From a plasmid: DNA of 64,000 bases. Both the position numbers and the translations under genes were made by a program. Below are positions 1 to 8,881 of the stretch, one piece after another (position 1 is the stretch's first letter; each line of letters starts with the position of its first letter). The notes beneath the pieces are model-generated. The model saw nothing but the letters and a program-made list of their open reading frames with translations, ran no database searches and had not been told where the DNA came from. The stretch is from the sequence record NZ_CP049260.1, one strand, 5' to 3'.

Positions 1-1
1 T

Positions 2-1174
2 CAGGCGGCTCTCTATCTGCGGCTGCCGGGACAGACAGAACGAATAAAACTGGATGGCTATTTTTCTCCAGGCGGGTTTGGCGACGACGACATGCTATGG
101 CCGAAAGGCGATAGCGCCTTCAGCGGCTGGCAGCTTTTGCTGGAGTACTTCACCTTTCGTGAAAAGTTTATGTTCGTTCATCTTAACGGTCTTGAAGGGG
201 TTACATTGCCGCCGGGAACGTCGCATTTTGACATCGACGTGGTGTTCAGCCAGCTCTGGCAGGCCGATTTACCCGTCACCGACAGCGCGCTGCGCCTGCA
301 CTGTGTGCCGGTCATTAACCTGTTCACGCTGGAGGCCGATCCGCTGACGATAAACGGGCTGGAAAACGAATATCTGTTGCGTCCGAAGCGCCTGCAGGAC
401 GGGCATACCGAAATTTATTCCGTGGATGCGGTCACCGGATCGGGCCGAACCGGCGAGGCCCGGTATGTGCCTTTCACCAGCTTTCGTCATCAGGGCGGCA
501 TGATGCGCCGTCACGCGCCTGAACGTTACTACCACACCCGCGTAAAGCGTGGCGTCACCGGAATGCATGATACCTGGCTTATTCTGGGCGGCGAGAAGTG
601 GGAGAGGGATCGGATGCTGGAGAAAGAAACCATCTCATTGCGCATCACCTGCACCAACGGACAACTGCCGCGCCGGGCTTTGCAAAGCACGCTGCTGGAT
701 CGTTGTGAACAAGTCACGGAAACGCCACTGACCGTTCGTAATCTGTGTAAGCCAACGCTACCCGCGTATCCCCCCGTCGAGGACCGTTTCCACTGGCGAG
801 TAATGAGTCATCTGGGCACACGATTTATCAACATGATGAGCAACGCAGAAGTGCTTCGCGGCACGCTGGCGCTGTACAACTGGCGTGATGATGAACTGAA
901 TAACCGTCGGCTGGAGGCGATCCTCGCGATAAATCACTACCGCATTCAGCGGTTTGAAGACGGTTTTCTTTTACGTGGGCTCGACATCGAAGTCACGCTC
1001 GACAGTCACGGTTTTACGGGCGAAGGCGATATCCACCTCTTCGGGGAAATGCTCAACCGCTTCTTCGCGCGCTATGCCGATATGAACCAGTTTAATCAGC
1101 TAACGTTTATTGTTCAGCCAGAAGGGAAATGTATCCGTTGGAAAGAGAATCACAGTCCGCGCCTGCCCGGCTGA
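2..1174 (+). CDS. tssF: Type VI secretion baseplate protein TssF (ImpG/VasA family), C-terminal about 390 aa. The 5' end lies upstream of the window.
   Basis: The reading frame is open from window position 2 with no start codon. The sequence (...LDGYFSPGG..., LLLEYFTFREKFMFVHL...) is typical of the middle and C-terminal part of TssF. It is followed immediately by TssG- and TssJ-like genes. Confidence 0.7.
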   Translation, partial: QAALYLRLPGQTERIKLDGYFSPGGFGDDDMLWPKGDSAFSGWQLLLEYFTFREKFMFVHLNGLEGVTLPPGTSHFDIDVVFSQLWQADLPVTDSALRLHCVPVINLFTLEADPLTINGLENEYLLRPKRLQDGHTEIYSVDAVTGSGRTGEARYVPFTSFRHQGGMMRRHAPERYYHTRVKRGVTGMHDTWLILGGEKWERDRMLEKETISLRITCTNGQLPRRALQSTLLDRCEQVTETPLTVRNLCKPTLPAYPPVEDRFHWRVMSHLGTRFINMMSNAEVLRGTLALYNWRDDELNNRRLEAILAINHYRIQRFEDGFLLRGLDIEVTLDSHGFTGEGDIHLFGEMLNRFFARYADMNQFNQLTFIVQPEGKCIRWKENHSPRLPG

Positions 1175-2226
1175 AGGAAGAGACGCGGCAACAGCTGCCG
1201 TATATGAATTTTTATCGGTTTTGTCAGTGGCTTGAGCGAAGCCATCCGGGGCTTCCTGTTACCGGGAGCGACTGGCAACTTCGCCATGAGCCGGTACGTT
1301 TTCGCCCGCATCCGGGTATGGGATTTCCGGCTGGTGAAATACGCGGCTCAGAGACCAGCGAACATCCGCATCTCCCGCCGACAGTACGTATCACTTTCAT
1401 GGGGCTTTATGGTATTGAGGCACCGTTGCCGACGCAGTATATCGACGACATCGCGCAGCGGCGGGAAGGCTACGAGGCGACGTGCGATTTTCTCGATATC
1501 TTTAATCACCGGTTAATAGCCCAGTACTACCGCATCTGGCGAAAATATTCGTATCCCGCCACCTTTCAGTCAGGCGGAGTGGATAACACCTCACAGTATC
1601 TGCTCGGCCTCGTGGGGCTTGGCATCCCTGGCTGCGCATCTGCCGCGGGTACGCCACTTTCACGTTTTCTGGCGCTGTTGCCTGTAATGATGTTGCCCGG
1701 ACGCACGGCAGAAGGCCTGGGCGCGCTGGTCAGGCTTCTTGCGCCACAAACGCAGGCTGCGGTATTTCATCACGACCGCTGCCGTGTTCCGCTGAAAGCG
1801 TCCGCCAGAATGAGTATGCGGCAGCCGCTTAGCCTGAAGCATCGTCCCGTCATGGGAACCTACGCCACCGACGTTAATGGTCAGGTCCTATTGATGCTCA
1901 CCACTGACGATGCCGAAGAGGACCGGGGCTGGCTGCCTGAGGGAGAGCTTAACCGCGATCTTAACGCGCTACTGCACGTCTATCTCGGCGTGCACCTTAA
2001 TGTGCGAATGCAGCTGCGCGTACCGCGGCACTTATTAGCGGATGCCCGCCTGTGCTGTAAGCCGGAATATCCCGTGCAACTGGGCCGCACGGCGTTGCTG
2101 AAGCCGCTTAATGCCGCTGCGCGGCGCAATAATGAGATGATTACCATTCCTCTGGGCCGTTGGGAACAGGTTCAGGAAAACATTCACCGTAGGGAGAGCG
2201 ATGAAGATGGCGAATACCGCTGGTAA
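1129..2226 (+). CDS. tssG: Type VI secretion baseplate protein TssG (ImpH/VasB family)
   Basis: A protein of about 340-365 aa with an N-terminal 'NFYRFCQWLE' motif that resembles the TssG signature. It sits between tssF and tssJ. The start codon is uncertain: 1129 and 1204 are both possible. Confidence 0.65.
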   Translation: MYPLERESQSAPARLKEETRQQLPYMNFYRFCQWLERSHPGLPVTGSDWQLRHEPVRFRPHPGMGFPAGEIRGSETSEHPHLPPTVRITFMGLYGIEAPLPTQYIDDIAQRREGYEATCDFLDIFNHRLIAQYYRIWRKYSYPATFQSGGVDNTSQYLLGLVGLGIPGCASAAGTPLSRFLALLPVMMLPGRTAEGLGALVRLLAPQTQAAVFHHDRCRVPLKASARMSMRQPLSLKHRPVMGTYATDVNGQVLLMLTTDDAEEDRGWLPEGELNRDLNALLHVYLGVHLNVRMQLRVPRHLLADARLCCKPEYPVQLGRTALLKPLNAAARRNNEMITIPLGRWEQVQENIHRRESDEDGEYRW

Positions 2227-2734
2227 AGTGGTGGCTGTAATGCTGACGATGGCAGTGCTGGCGGGCTGTGGGTTGACGCAAAAAGTCACAGACGGCGCCG
2301 CCTCAGTGACCCGCTCGCTGTTCTTCAGACAGATAAAAACGCTGCATCTGGATATTCGGGCAAGGGAAGGCGTCAATAACAATGAGAGCGGGGCGGCGCT
2401 GGCGACGGTCGTGCGTATTTACCAGCTGAAAGACCGTAAGGCGTTTGACAGCACTGATTACCCCTCGCTATTCGCCGATGACAGCCAGGCCATTAAAGCG
2501 GATCTGGTCGCTGAAAAAGATATCCAGTTGCGGCCGGGAGAATCATTCACTCTGGATATGCCTCTGGAGGAGACGGCGCAGTATGTGGCCGTGGCGGGGA
2601 TGTTTATGGCCCCTGACGACACCAACGATAGCTGGCGTCTGGTGCTGTCACGCGACGATCTCGAACCGGATACGCCGAGAATTATTGAGGCCAGCAATAA
2701 TCGCCTCACGCTTCAGCCGGTTAACGACAAATAA
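2201..2734 (+). CDS. tssJ: Type VI secretion outer-membrane lipoprotein TssJ (VasD/SciN)
   Basis: A 177-aa protein with a signal peptide and lipobox (LAGC). Its size and position after tssG fit TssJ. An AGGGAGAG ribosome-binding site lies upstream. Confidence 0.7.
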   Translation: MKMANTAGKVVAVMLTMAVLAGCGLTQKVTDGAASVTRSLFFRQIKTLHLDIRAREGVNNNESGAALATVVRIYQLKDRKAFDSTDYPSLFADDSQAIKADLVAEKDIQLRPGESFTLDMPLEETAQYVAVAGMFMAPDDTNDSWRLVLSRDDLEPDTPRIIEASNNRLTLQPVNDK

Positions 2735-2737
2735 AGA

Positions 2738-2770
2738 AAGGGCCACCCGCAAAAGTGGCCCTTTTTATTA
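2738..2770. terminator. Bidirectional rho-independent terminator between tssJ and dsbG
   Basis: A GGGCCAC-ccgcaaaa-GTGGCCC hairpin followed by TTTTATT. The flank on the opposite strand is A-rich. Confidence 0.6.
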
Positions 2771-3517
2771 CTTACAGGCCACCAGATCGGCCATCTGTTC
2801 CGCGTTCGGCAGGCCGATTATCTGCTGAAGCAGTCGGTCCTTGTTCAGATAATAAATCGCTGGCGTGCCGTTTGCGCCAAGTTGCGTCATCAGCTGCTGG
2901 TTATACTGAATCTGCTTAAAGGCCGCAGGCGACGTTTTTTCCGGCAGCGCCGGTTTGTTTTTCCCTGCTGAGCTTTCAAGATCCTGCCAGGTTTTTTGCG
3001 GATCGTCGGAGCCCAGCACCGCGGCGGCGTAGCGCCCGCTGTCAGGGCGGATCACGCCCACCAGCAGCGTTTTCAGGCTGATGCTTTTATCGTTGAGGTA
3101 CGGCTGCGCCTGCTCCCAGAACTTATGGCAGTAAGGGCAGAACGGATCGGCGAACACCACCACTTTGCACGCGGCCTGCTCGCTGCCTTCGTGAATGCCC
3201 TTCGCCTGATCCAGCGTTTTCCACATTTCGCGCCCGGCCGGGATGTACAGCTCGTCGTTAATCAGCTTTTCACTGAGGTTATTGCCCTGCGCGTCATACA
3301 TATAGCCGGTGATGACATGCTTTTTATCGGGCGTCAGATAAAGCGTCACGCCGGTGTCCTGATATTTACCGAGCCATGCCTGAACGCCGCCCGGTGCGGT
3401 GAAAGGCTTGATAATCGTAATGCCCTGTTTTTCCAGCTGCTTTACCGGCTCCGGTAAATCATCAGCCTGCGCGTGGAAAGCCGCGAGCAGCGCGCCCGCC
3501 GTCAGTAACTTTTTCAT
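2768..3517 (-). CDS. dsbG: Thiol:disulfide interchange protein DsbG (periplasmic disulfide isomerase/reductase)
   Basis: A 249-aa protein with a signal peptide and a CPYC active site. It is highly similar throughout to E. coli DsbG (KQGITIIK..., GKYQD.GVT.YLTPD.KH.I.GYMY). Confidence 0.8.
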   Translation of the reverse strand: MKKLLTAGALLAAFHAQADDLPEPVKQLEKQGITIIKPFTAPGGVQAWLGKYQDTGVTLYLTPDKKHVITGYMYDAQGNNLSEKLINDELYIPAGREMWKTLDQAKGIHEGSEQAACKVVVFADPFCPYCHKFWEQAQPYLNDKSISLKTLLVGVIRPDSGRYAAAVLGSDDPQKTWQDLESSAGKNKPALPEKTSPAAFKQIQYNQQLMTQLGANGTPAIYYLNKDRLLQQIIGLPNAEQMADLVACK

Positions 3518-5535
3518 TGTCTGTCCTTATTCATTGTCTGAGAGGTGGCCGCGCCGGCGTTATCCAGCGCGCTAAGCAGTTCCGTTTTATTGAGCAGCGA
3601 GGAGAGCACTTTGCCATCCGGTATAGCAGGGCCGAACACGGCGTTAAACGGAATGCCGCTTGCGCCGTGGCGGCGCAAAAATGCTTCAATTTCCGCAGAT
3701 GGCTTGCTCCAGTTACCCTGTAACAGCACCACGTCATTCTGATGCAGCGCGTCTACGACATCGGGGCGGTGCAGCACCAACACTTCATTGACCTTACAGT
3801 TCAGGCACCAGTCGGCGGTGATATCGACAAGCACCCGTTTATGCGCGGCAAGCGCGTTATCAAGCGCCGCCTGGCTGAAGGGCTGCCAGTGAAGCGGCCC
3901 TTCGCGGCGGCCGTCCGGTGCAGGTGCCAGAAACGCGTATAACCCGGCACCGAACAGCACGCCGAACGCCAGCGTTCGCAGGTTTTCCCGATGGCGCGGC
4001 AGTTTTACTGCGCAGCGCCAGAGAAACAGCGCAATCATCAGACCGCCTGCGATAAGAACGTAGCGCGCGCCCCATTCCTTCGCCAGCAGCGACATCAGCC
4101 AGAGGCTGGAGCCAAGCATCAGCAGCACCAGCACCAGGCGCAGCTTACTCATCCACGGGCCGGGCCGCGGCAGCCAGCGCGCCACGCCGGGCCTCAGGCT
4201 GACGAGCAGCCACGGCAGGCTCATGCCGGTGCCGAGCGCGAGGAAAATCAACCACAGCTCCGGTAACGGCGCGGCCAGCGCAAAAGCGACGGCAGTGCCG
4301 AGAAAGGGCGCAGTGCAGGGCGTTGCCAGCAGCGTCGCGAAGGCGCCTTCCAGAAAACTGCCGCCCACGCCCTGGCCACCCGCCGTGGCGAGCCGGGTAG
4401 TGAGCGCGGCGGGCAGCCTGATCTCCATCACGCCCGCGAGGCTAAAACAGAAAGCCCAGGTCACGACCGCCATGGTGGCGATAAATCCGGCATGCTGGAA
4501 CTGAAATCCCCAGCCCGTCCACGCGCCCGAGAGCCGCAGCGCGCTCATGATGGCTGCCAGCACCAGGAATGAGAAAATCATCCCGGCGCTGGTGGCGAGA
4601 AAGCGGATGCGGGTCTGGCGACGGTCCGCCTGCGCCAGCGTCATCAGCGAGGCGAGCTTCATCCCCATCACCGGCAACACGCAGGGCATCAGGTTCAGAA
4701 TAAGCCCGCCGAGCAGCGCCACCGCGGTGGCCTGCCAGAACAGCGGCGCGCCGTCCGGTTTTACCGTCATCTGCTGGCTGGTAACCCCACTACTGAGCAC
4801 CAGCGAAACCGCCTGAATACGGCTGGCGTCTGTGGGTTCGCCACGTTCGTTGAGGGCGGTGAAATGTGCTGTGAGCGTGTCGCCTGAAGGTTCCAGCACG
4901 GGCACCGAAAGCGACACGTTGTCAGGGTTATCGGCAAACAGCGCCGGTTGCGGCCAGCCATCGGGTGAGGTCGCCGTCAGGCTGAGCGTTGAACCGTGCG
5001 CGGCAACATTCGTCACCGTAATGTTGCCGGTGTCTGGCGGAACGGTCGCCATTGCCGCGTTCCAGTCATCATCAAAACCAGGCGACGGGCCATCGGCCAG
5101 ATCGACATCCAGCGGGAAGGTGTTCACCACGCAGAGGTTGCTGCACAGCGATAGCGTCAGCGTGCCGCGCAGCCGCGCGGTTTCAGTGGTAGTGACTTCC
5201 AGCGGGAAGGTCACGCCGTCATGATAGCCGACCGAGCTGAACCCGGCGGCGTCAAAGCGCACCGGCTGCGGCCAGTGCCAGGTGGTCTGCGCTGGTGTTG
5301 ACCAGTCAATAACGGGCCGGAACCCGCCGTCGCCAGGTGTTCGCCAGTAGGTTTTCCAGCCTTTATCGAGCGTGATAGCCAGCAGCAGACGCACTTTGCC
5401 ATCGGCGGGCGCGTCGCTGCGTACCTGAATATGGGCGTGGGAAGACTGCGCGGGTGGCAGCCAGCCGCTGTCCGCAGCCCAGGCCGCAGACATGCTGAGC
5501 GCCAGAAGCCACAGGCTTCTGAAAAGCATTTTCAT
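3514..5535 (-). CDS. DsbD-family thiol:disulfide interchange membrane protein with an extended N-terminal periplasmic domain (ScsB-like)
   Basis: A 673-aa protein with a signal peptide, a central polytopic CcdA-like membrane core and a C-terminal thioredoxin-like domain carrying a 'WCLNC' motif. It overlaps downstream dsbG by 4 nt, which indicates an operon. Confidence 0.75.
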   Translation of the reverse strand: MKMLFRSLWLLALSMSAAWAADSGWLPPAQSSHAHIQVRSDAPADGKVRLLLAITLDKGWKTYWRTPGDGGFRPVIDWSTPAQTTWHWPQPVRFDAAGFSSVGYHDGVTFPLEVTTTETARLRGTLTLSLCSNLCVVNTFPLDVDLADGPSPGFDDDWNAAMATVPPDTGNITVTNVAAHGSTLSLTATSPDGWPQPALFADNPDNVSLSVPVLEPSGDTLTAHFTALNERGEPTDASRIQAVSLVLSSGVTSQQMTVKPDGAPLFWQATAVALLGGLILNLMPCVLPVMGMKLASLMTLAQADRRQTRIRFLATSAGMIFSFLVLAAIMSALRLSGAWTGWGFQFQHAGFIATMAVVTWAFCFSLAGVMEIRLPAALTTRLATAGGQGVGGSFLEGAFATLLATPCTAPFLGTAVAFALAAPLPELWLIFLALGTGMSLPWLLVSLRPGVARWLPRPGPWMSKLRLVLVLLMLGSSLWLMSLLAKEWGARYVLIAGGLMIALFLWRCAVKLPRHRENLRTLAFGVLFGAGLYAFLAPAPDGRREGPLHWQPFSQAALDNALAAHKRVLVDITADWCLNCKVNEVLVLHRPDVVDALHQNDVVLLQGNWSKPSAEIEAFLRRHGASGIPFNAVFGPAIPDGKVLSSLLNKTELLSALDNAGAATSQTMNKDRQ

Positions 5536-5581
5536 CTATTTTCTCCATGAATAATTAACTGAGCAGGACGAACCCGGTCAG

Positions 5582-5971
5582 TCATTCACGGAAGACGCAG
5601 TTTTTAAGGTGTATTCGTAATAGCGGAGGGCGCGGGATCGCATCCGGCAGGGCGCGGACGTTCACGGTGACCAGCACAGCAAGCAGGATAACCAGCAGGC
5701 CGGGCAAGAGAATGATGGTGTCGAAGTGGAGCGGCTGCGCGGCAAGGAGTGAGTGTGCGCTGAGTTCACACGGGGAGAGCGACGGCGTGGTCGCTTCATG
5801 ACCACTGTTTTGCGTCGCGAGGCTGATCTCAGCCGCCTTGACCTGCATCTGATGCAGAATGCTGGCGCGCTGGGTCAGGCAAATCAGCATCACGCAACAG
5901 GCAATGACCAAAAGCAGTGTTGCTTTCAGTTGCTGGTTTTTTGTGTAAGCGGAGCCTGCGGTCGTCATCAT
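5582..5971 (-). CDS. Small two-TM membrane protein, possibly a ScsA-like copper-tolerance protein
   Basis: An internal ATG-ATG start gives about 130 aa with two hydrophobic segments and a Cys/His-containing loop. It lies directly upstream of the DsbD-like gene, as scsA does relative to scsB. The assignment is tentative. Confidence 0.35.
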   Translation of the reverse strand: MMTTAGSAYTKNQQLKATLLLVIACCVMLICLTQRASILHQMQVKAAEISLATQNSGHEATTPSLSPCELSAHSLLAAQPLHFDTIILLPGLLVILLAVLVTVNVRALPDAIPRPPLLRIHLKNCVFRE

Positions 5972-6084
5972 CGGCAAAAGAATAGTGAGCGCCCGGTTAT
6001 CGGGCAAGCGCTGTTTTGTAAAGTAATCATGACAATTCACGCAAAGCCATTCAGCGCGGCAATAAAACCCGCCCGCAGGCAAGC

Positions 6085-6345
6085 TCAGCCGCGATCGTCT
6101 TTCGGCCCCAGAAAATAGAACGCGAAGGGAAGCGAGATGATAAACGAGAACGGCACGCTGTAAATCAGCACCCACGCACCCTGCATGATAAACATCGACG
6201 CACTCCAGTGCTCCATCGGCATGTTGTACTGCTCTTCCACGCCCTCAAACGTGACGCGGGAGACGACCGTCAGTACGGTGATGAAGACAATCACCAGCGC
6301 TGTCAGAAATTTTTTCCCGTCACGGGTACGCAGTTTTTCCAGCAT
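6085..6345 (-). CDS. Small inner-membrane protein (86 aa), function unknown
   Basis: A GGAGAG ribosome-binding site precedes an ATG (MLEKLRTRDGKK...). The protein has two predicted TM helices and lies upstream of, and co-directional with, the scsA-like, DsbD and dsbG genes. Confidence 0.45.
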   Translation of the reverse strand: MLEKLRTRDGKKFLTALVIVFITVLTVVSRVTFEGVEEQYNMPMEHWSASMFIMQGAWVLIYSVPFSFIISLPFAFYFLGPKDDRG

Positions 6346-6672
6346 GATCTCTCCGATTTGTTTTCCCGCGGTGTTTTGGCGTTTGTACCTGCTGGCGACG
6401 CCATGTGGTTGCATAAACAGCGAGAATGAAAAGTGGCGCAAGTGTATCGTAAATGGCAGACGAATGTTACGGTCTGGAGGCAGATGCCGCGGTGTCGATA
6501 TCAAGTTTAATAGTGCGCGCAATCTATCTTATGTTAAATAACCATATTGTGGCCGATAATTTCCGGTTTTCAGTTGCCACTCTTCTCCATGTCATGCTTA
6601 CTATAAAACGTTTATCACAAAGCCGGCTCCTGCGCTTATCAACAGCGTAAACGACAAAGAGAAAAGCATTTT

Positions 6673-7061
6673 ATGACAGCTCCAGAACTGACGTTTTATG
6701 AGGATGATGAAGGAATTTCCGTTGACCTGGTGTTATCGGCGTTTGGCGAAAACCCTGTCCAGTGCATAAATCTGGATGCTGATACAGTCGATAAAAAATA
6801 TCAGGCTGATATTCATTTTCTTATTAAGAATCAAAATGCTTTTCTTGAGAAAATCACTGATGAAGCCAGCGAATACTGCCAGCGAGTGTATGGTTGCGCT
6901 GCAAAAAATCTTCTCCTGATAAAATTTATCTTTCTCCTGAGACGGAAAAAAGTTTTGGATTTATGTTTTCTGTCGATGTGGATCCCGAACACGGATTGGG
7001 ATTGAAATTCAATGGGTTGCAGTTGATGAAAACAGGTAGTAGCGAAGCGGCATTTTTATAG
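6673..7061 (+). pseudogene. Acidic immunity-like protein, apparently frameshifted at an A6 run
   Basis: The ORF 6673..7005 leaves its frame at 'gctgcaaaaaatc'. Another frame continues as KKSSPDKIYLSPETEKSFGFMFSVDVDPEHGLGLKFNGLQLMKTGSSEAAFL* and stops at 7061. The region is AT-rich and sits immediately upstream of a SUKH immunity gene. Confidence 0.35.
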
Positions 7062-7163
7062 TATTTTAAAGCAATCTGGCGTGAACTTATCTTTAACTTT
7101 CAAGATAATATCTCTACTGATAGATTGAAAGAGCCAGTCACCCTAACTCAGAGAAGGAAAAGT

Positions 7164-7685
7164 ATGCCGGTTTCCTGTGGAAAAATGATTACAGAAGCGG
7201 ATATCCAGCGGCTGGAAAAAACATACTGCATCAGCTTGCCTGAAGATTATAAAACGTTCCTTCTGTTAAATAATGGCTTTGTGGTTAAAAGCCCGGATTA
7301 TTGTAATTTAGCGTATGGCGGTGTCGATGAGGGCGCTATTGCGTTCAATGCCCTGTTTGGGATAGGAACTAAAAATGAATACTATGATATTGAGTATAAT
7401 AATGAAGAACTATTCAGTGAACTGGATTTTATCGACAGCAAATTAATCATCGGCGACGATCCGGGCGGTAACTATTATTTGATGCTGAATGGAGAACACC
7501 AGCAAGGCCTGTTTTACTGGGACAGAACGCATCTGCATGCGGAAGATACTCTTCAGGATTTTGAGATACCCGAGCAAAATGAGTGCGGGAACCTTTACAG
7601 GTTGAGCGATTCATTTACGCAATTCTATCAAAGCGTTATCGACAATACGCTTGCTCAGGGAATGCAGGTAACGCGTGATCTGTGA
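7164..7685 (+). CDS. SMI1/KNR4 (SUKH-1) family immunity protein
   Basis: The conserved SUKH N-terminal signature '...LEKTYCISLPEDYKTFLLLNNGF...' (LPxxYxxFLxxxNG) is present. The protein is about 173 aa and acidic, with a GAAGGAAAAG ribosome-binding site. It lies in an AT-rich islet with no adjacent toxin gene. Confidence 0.7.
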   Translation: MPVSCGKMITEADIQRLEKTYCISLPEDYKTFLLLNNGFVVKSPDYCNLAYGGVDEGAIAFNALFGIGTKNEYYDIEYNNEELFSELDFIDSKLIIGDDPGGNYYLMLNGEHQQGLFYWDRTHLHAEDTLQDFEIPEQNECGNLYRLSDSFTQFYQSVIDNTLAQGMQVTRDL

Positions 7686-7802
7686 TAGCCATTACTGACG
7701 CCGCTTCGCCATTTCCCGCGCCAGCGCGCAGCCAGAAATGGTACTATCTTACTCATAACGCCCTGTCCCGGCAGGCATAAACACCACCATCAGGAACGCC
7801 CT

Positions 7803-8048
7803 ATGAGTAATGATATTCCTATCAAGTTTTATGACATCGCTGACGAGTACGCGACGGAAACGGAGTTGCCGGTAAGCGATGCGGAGCGCGACCGCCTGGC
7901 GAACTACTTCCAGCTGTTAATCACCCGTCTGATGAACAACGAAGAAATCAGCGAAGAAGCGCAGCATGAGATGGCGCGGGAAGCGGGTATTTCTGAAGGG
8001 CGTATCGATGAAATCGCCAACTTCCTGAATCAGTGGGGCAACGAGTAA
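7803..8048 (+). CDS. Small acidic hypothetical protein (81 aa)
   Basis: A clean ORF with a ribosome-binding site, followed by a strong terminator. I do not recognise a family. Confidence 0.45.
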   Translation: MSNDIPIKFYDIADEYATETELPVSDAERDRLANYFQLLITRLMNNEEISEEAQHEMAREAGISEGRIDEIANFLNQWGNE

Positions 8049-8075
8049 CGCCTCTGCGCTACGCAGCCTTTGCGA

Positions 8076-8110
8076 AAACAAAACGGCCCCTTTACGGGGC
8101 CGTTTTACGT
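8076..8110. terminator. Bidirectional rho-independent terminator
   Basis: An ACGGCCCC-tttac-GGGGCCGT hairpin flanked by an A-run and a T-run. It lies between convergent genes. Confidence 0.65.
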
Positions 8111-8122
8111 TACGGTTTCTGA

Positions 8123-8881
8123 TTACACAAAGTGGATGTGCTTTTTGCCGTGATGGGGTGAAACCTCAGTGCGCGCCTCCACCTTGAAGACCTCGCGCAG
8201 CATCGCCTCCGTCAGCACCTCATCCGGCGTGCCGCTCGCCACCACCTGCCCGCCCTGCATCACAATCAGCGCATCGCAAAACATCGCGGCGTGGTTGAGA
8301 TCGTGCAGCGCCACAATACTCGTCACCGGCAGCTCGCTGATGAGGCGCATCAGGTGCATCTGATGATGAATATCGAGATGGTTGGTCGGTTCATCCAGCA
8401 AAATCTCGCCGGGCGACTGCGCCAGCGCACGGGCGATATGTACGCGCTGCCGCTCGCCGCCGGAAAGATGCTGCCACCCGTCGTCGCGACGGTCGAACAT
8501 ATCCACGCGCTCCAGCGCCTGGCGCACAATCTCGTCATCCTGGTGCGTCCAGGACGAGAGCGGCGAATGGTGCGGAATGCGCCCGAGTTTCACCACGTCG
8601 CGCACGCGAATATTGGCATCGGTCATCGCGTGTTGTTCAACGAACGCCACGCGCTGCGCCAGCTTTTTCCTGGACAGCCGCGCGATATCGCCATCGTCCA
8701 GCAGCACCCGGCCCGCATCCGGGCGGCGAAGCCCGGCGAGAATGCGCAGCAGCGATGATTTTCCTGAGCCGTTCGGCCCGAGCAGGCCAAGCGTCTGGCC
8801 GGTTGGCACACTCAGCGACACGTTATTCACGATGCGCTTTTTACCCGCCGACCAGCTGATGTTTTCCGCGCGGATGCTCAT
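8123..8881 (-). CDS. eitC: Iron-chelate ABC transporter ATP-binding protein (FecE/FepC family; EitC-like)
   Basis: Walker A GPNGSGKSSLL, an LSGGERQR signature and a Walker B LLDEPT motif. It overlaps the upstream permease gene by 4 nt. Confidence 0.8.
   Translation of the reverse strand: MSIRAENISWSAGKKRIVNNVSLSVPTGQTLGLLGPNGSGKSSLLRILAGLRRPDAGRVLLDDGDIARLSRKKLAQRVAFVEQHAMTDANIRVRDVVKLGRIPHHSPLSSWTHQDDEIVRQALERVDMFDRRDDGWQHLSGGERQRVHIARALAQSPGEILLDEPTNHLDIHHQMHLMRLISELPVTSIVALHDLNHAAMFCDALIVMQGGQVVASGTPDEVLTEAMLREVFKVEARTEVSPHHGKKHIHFV

Noticed and set aside
54-347. A 97-aa ORF in another frame overlapping the tssF coding frame
   Set aside because: The tssF frame is open from the window start and has clear family similarity. 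The alternate-frame ORF has none.
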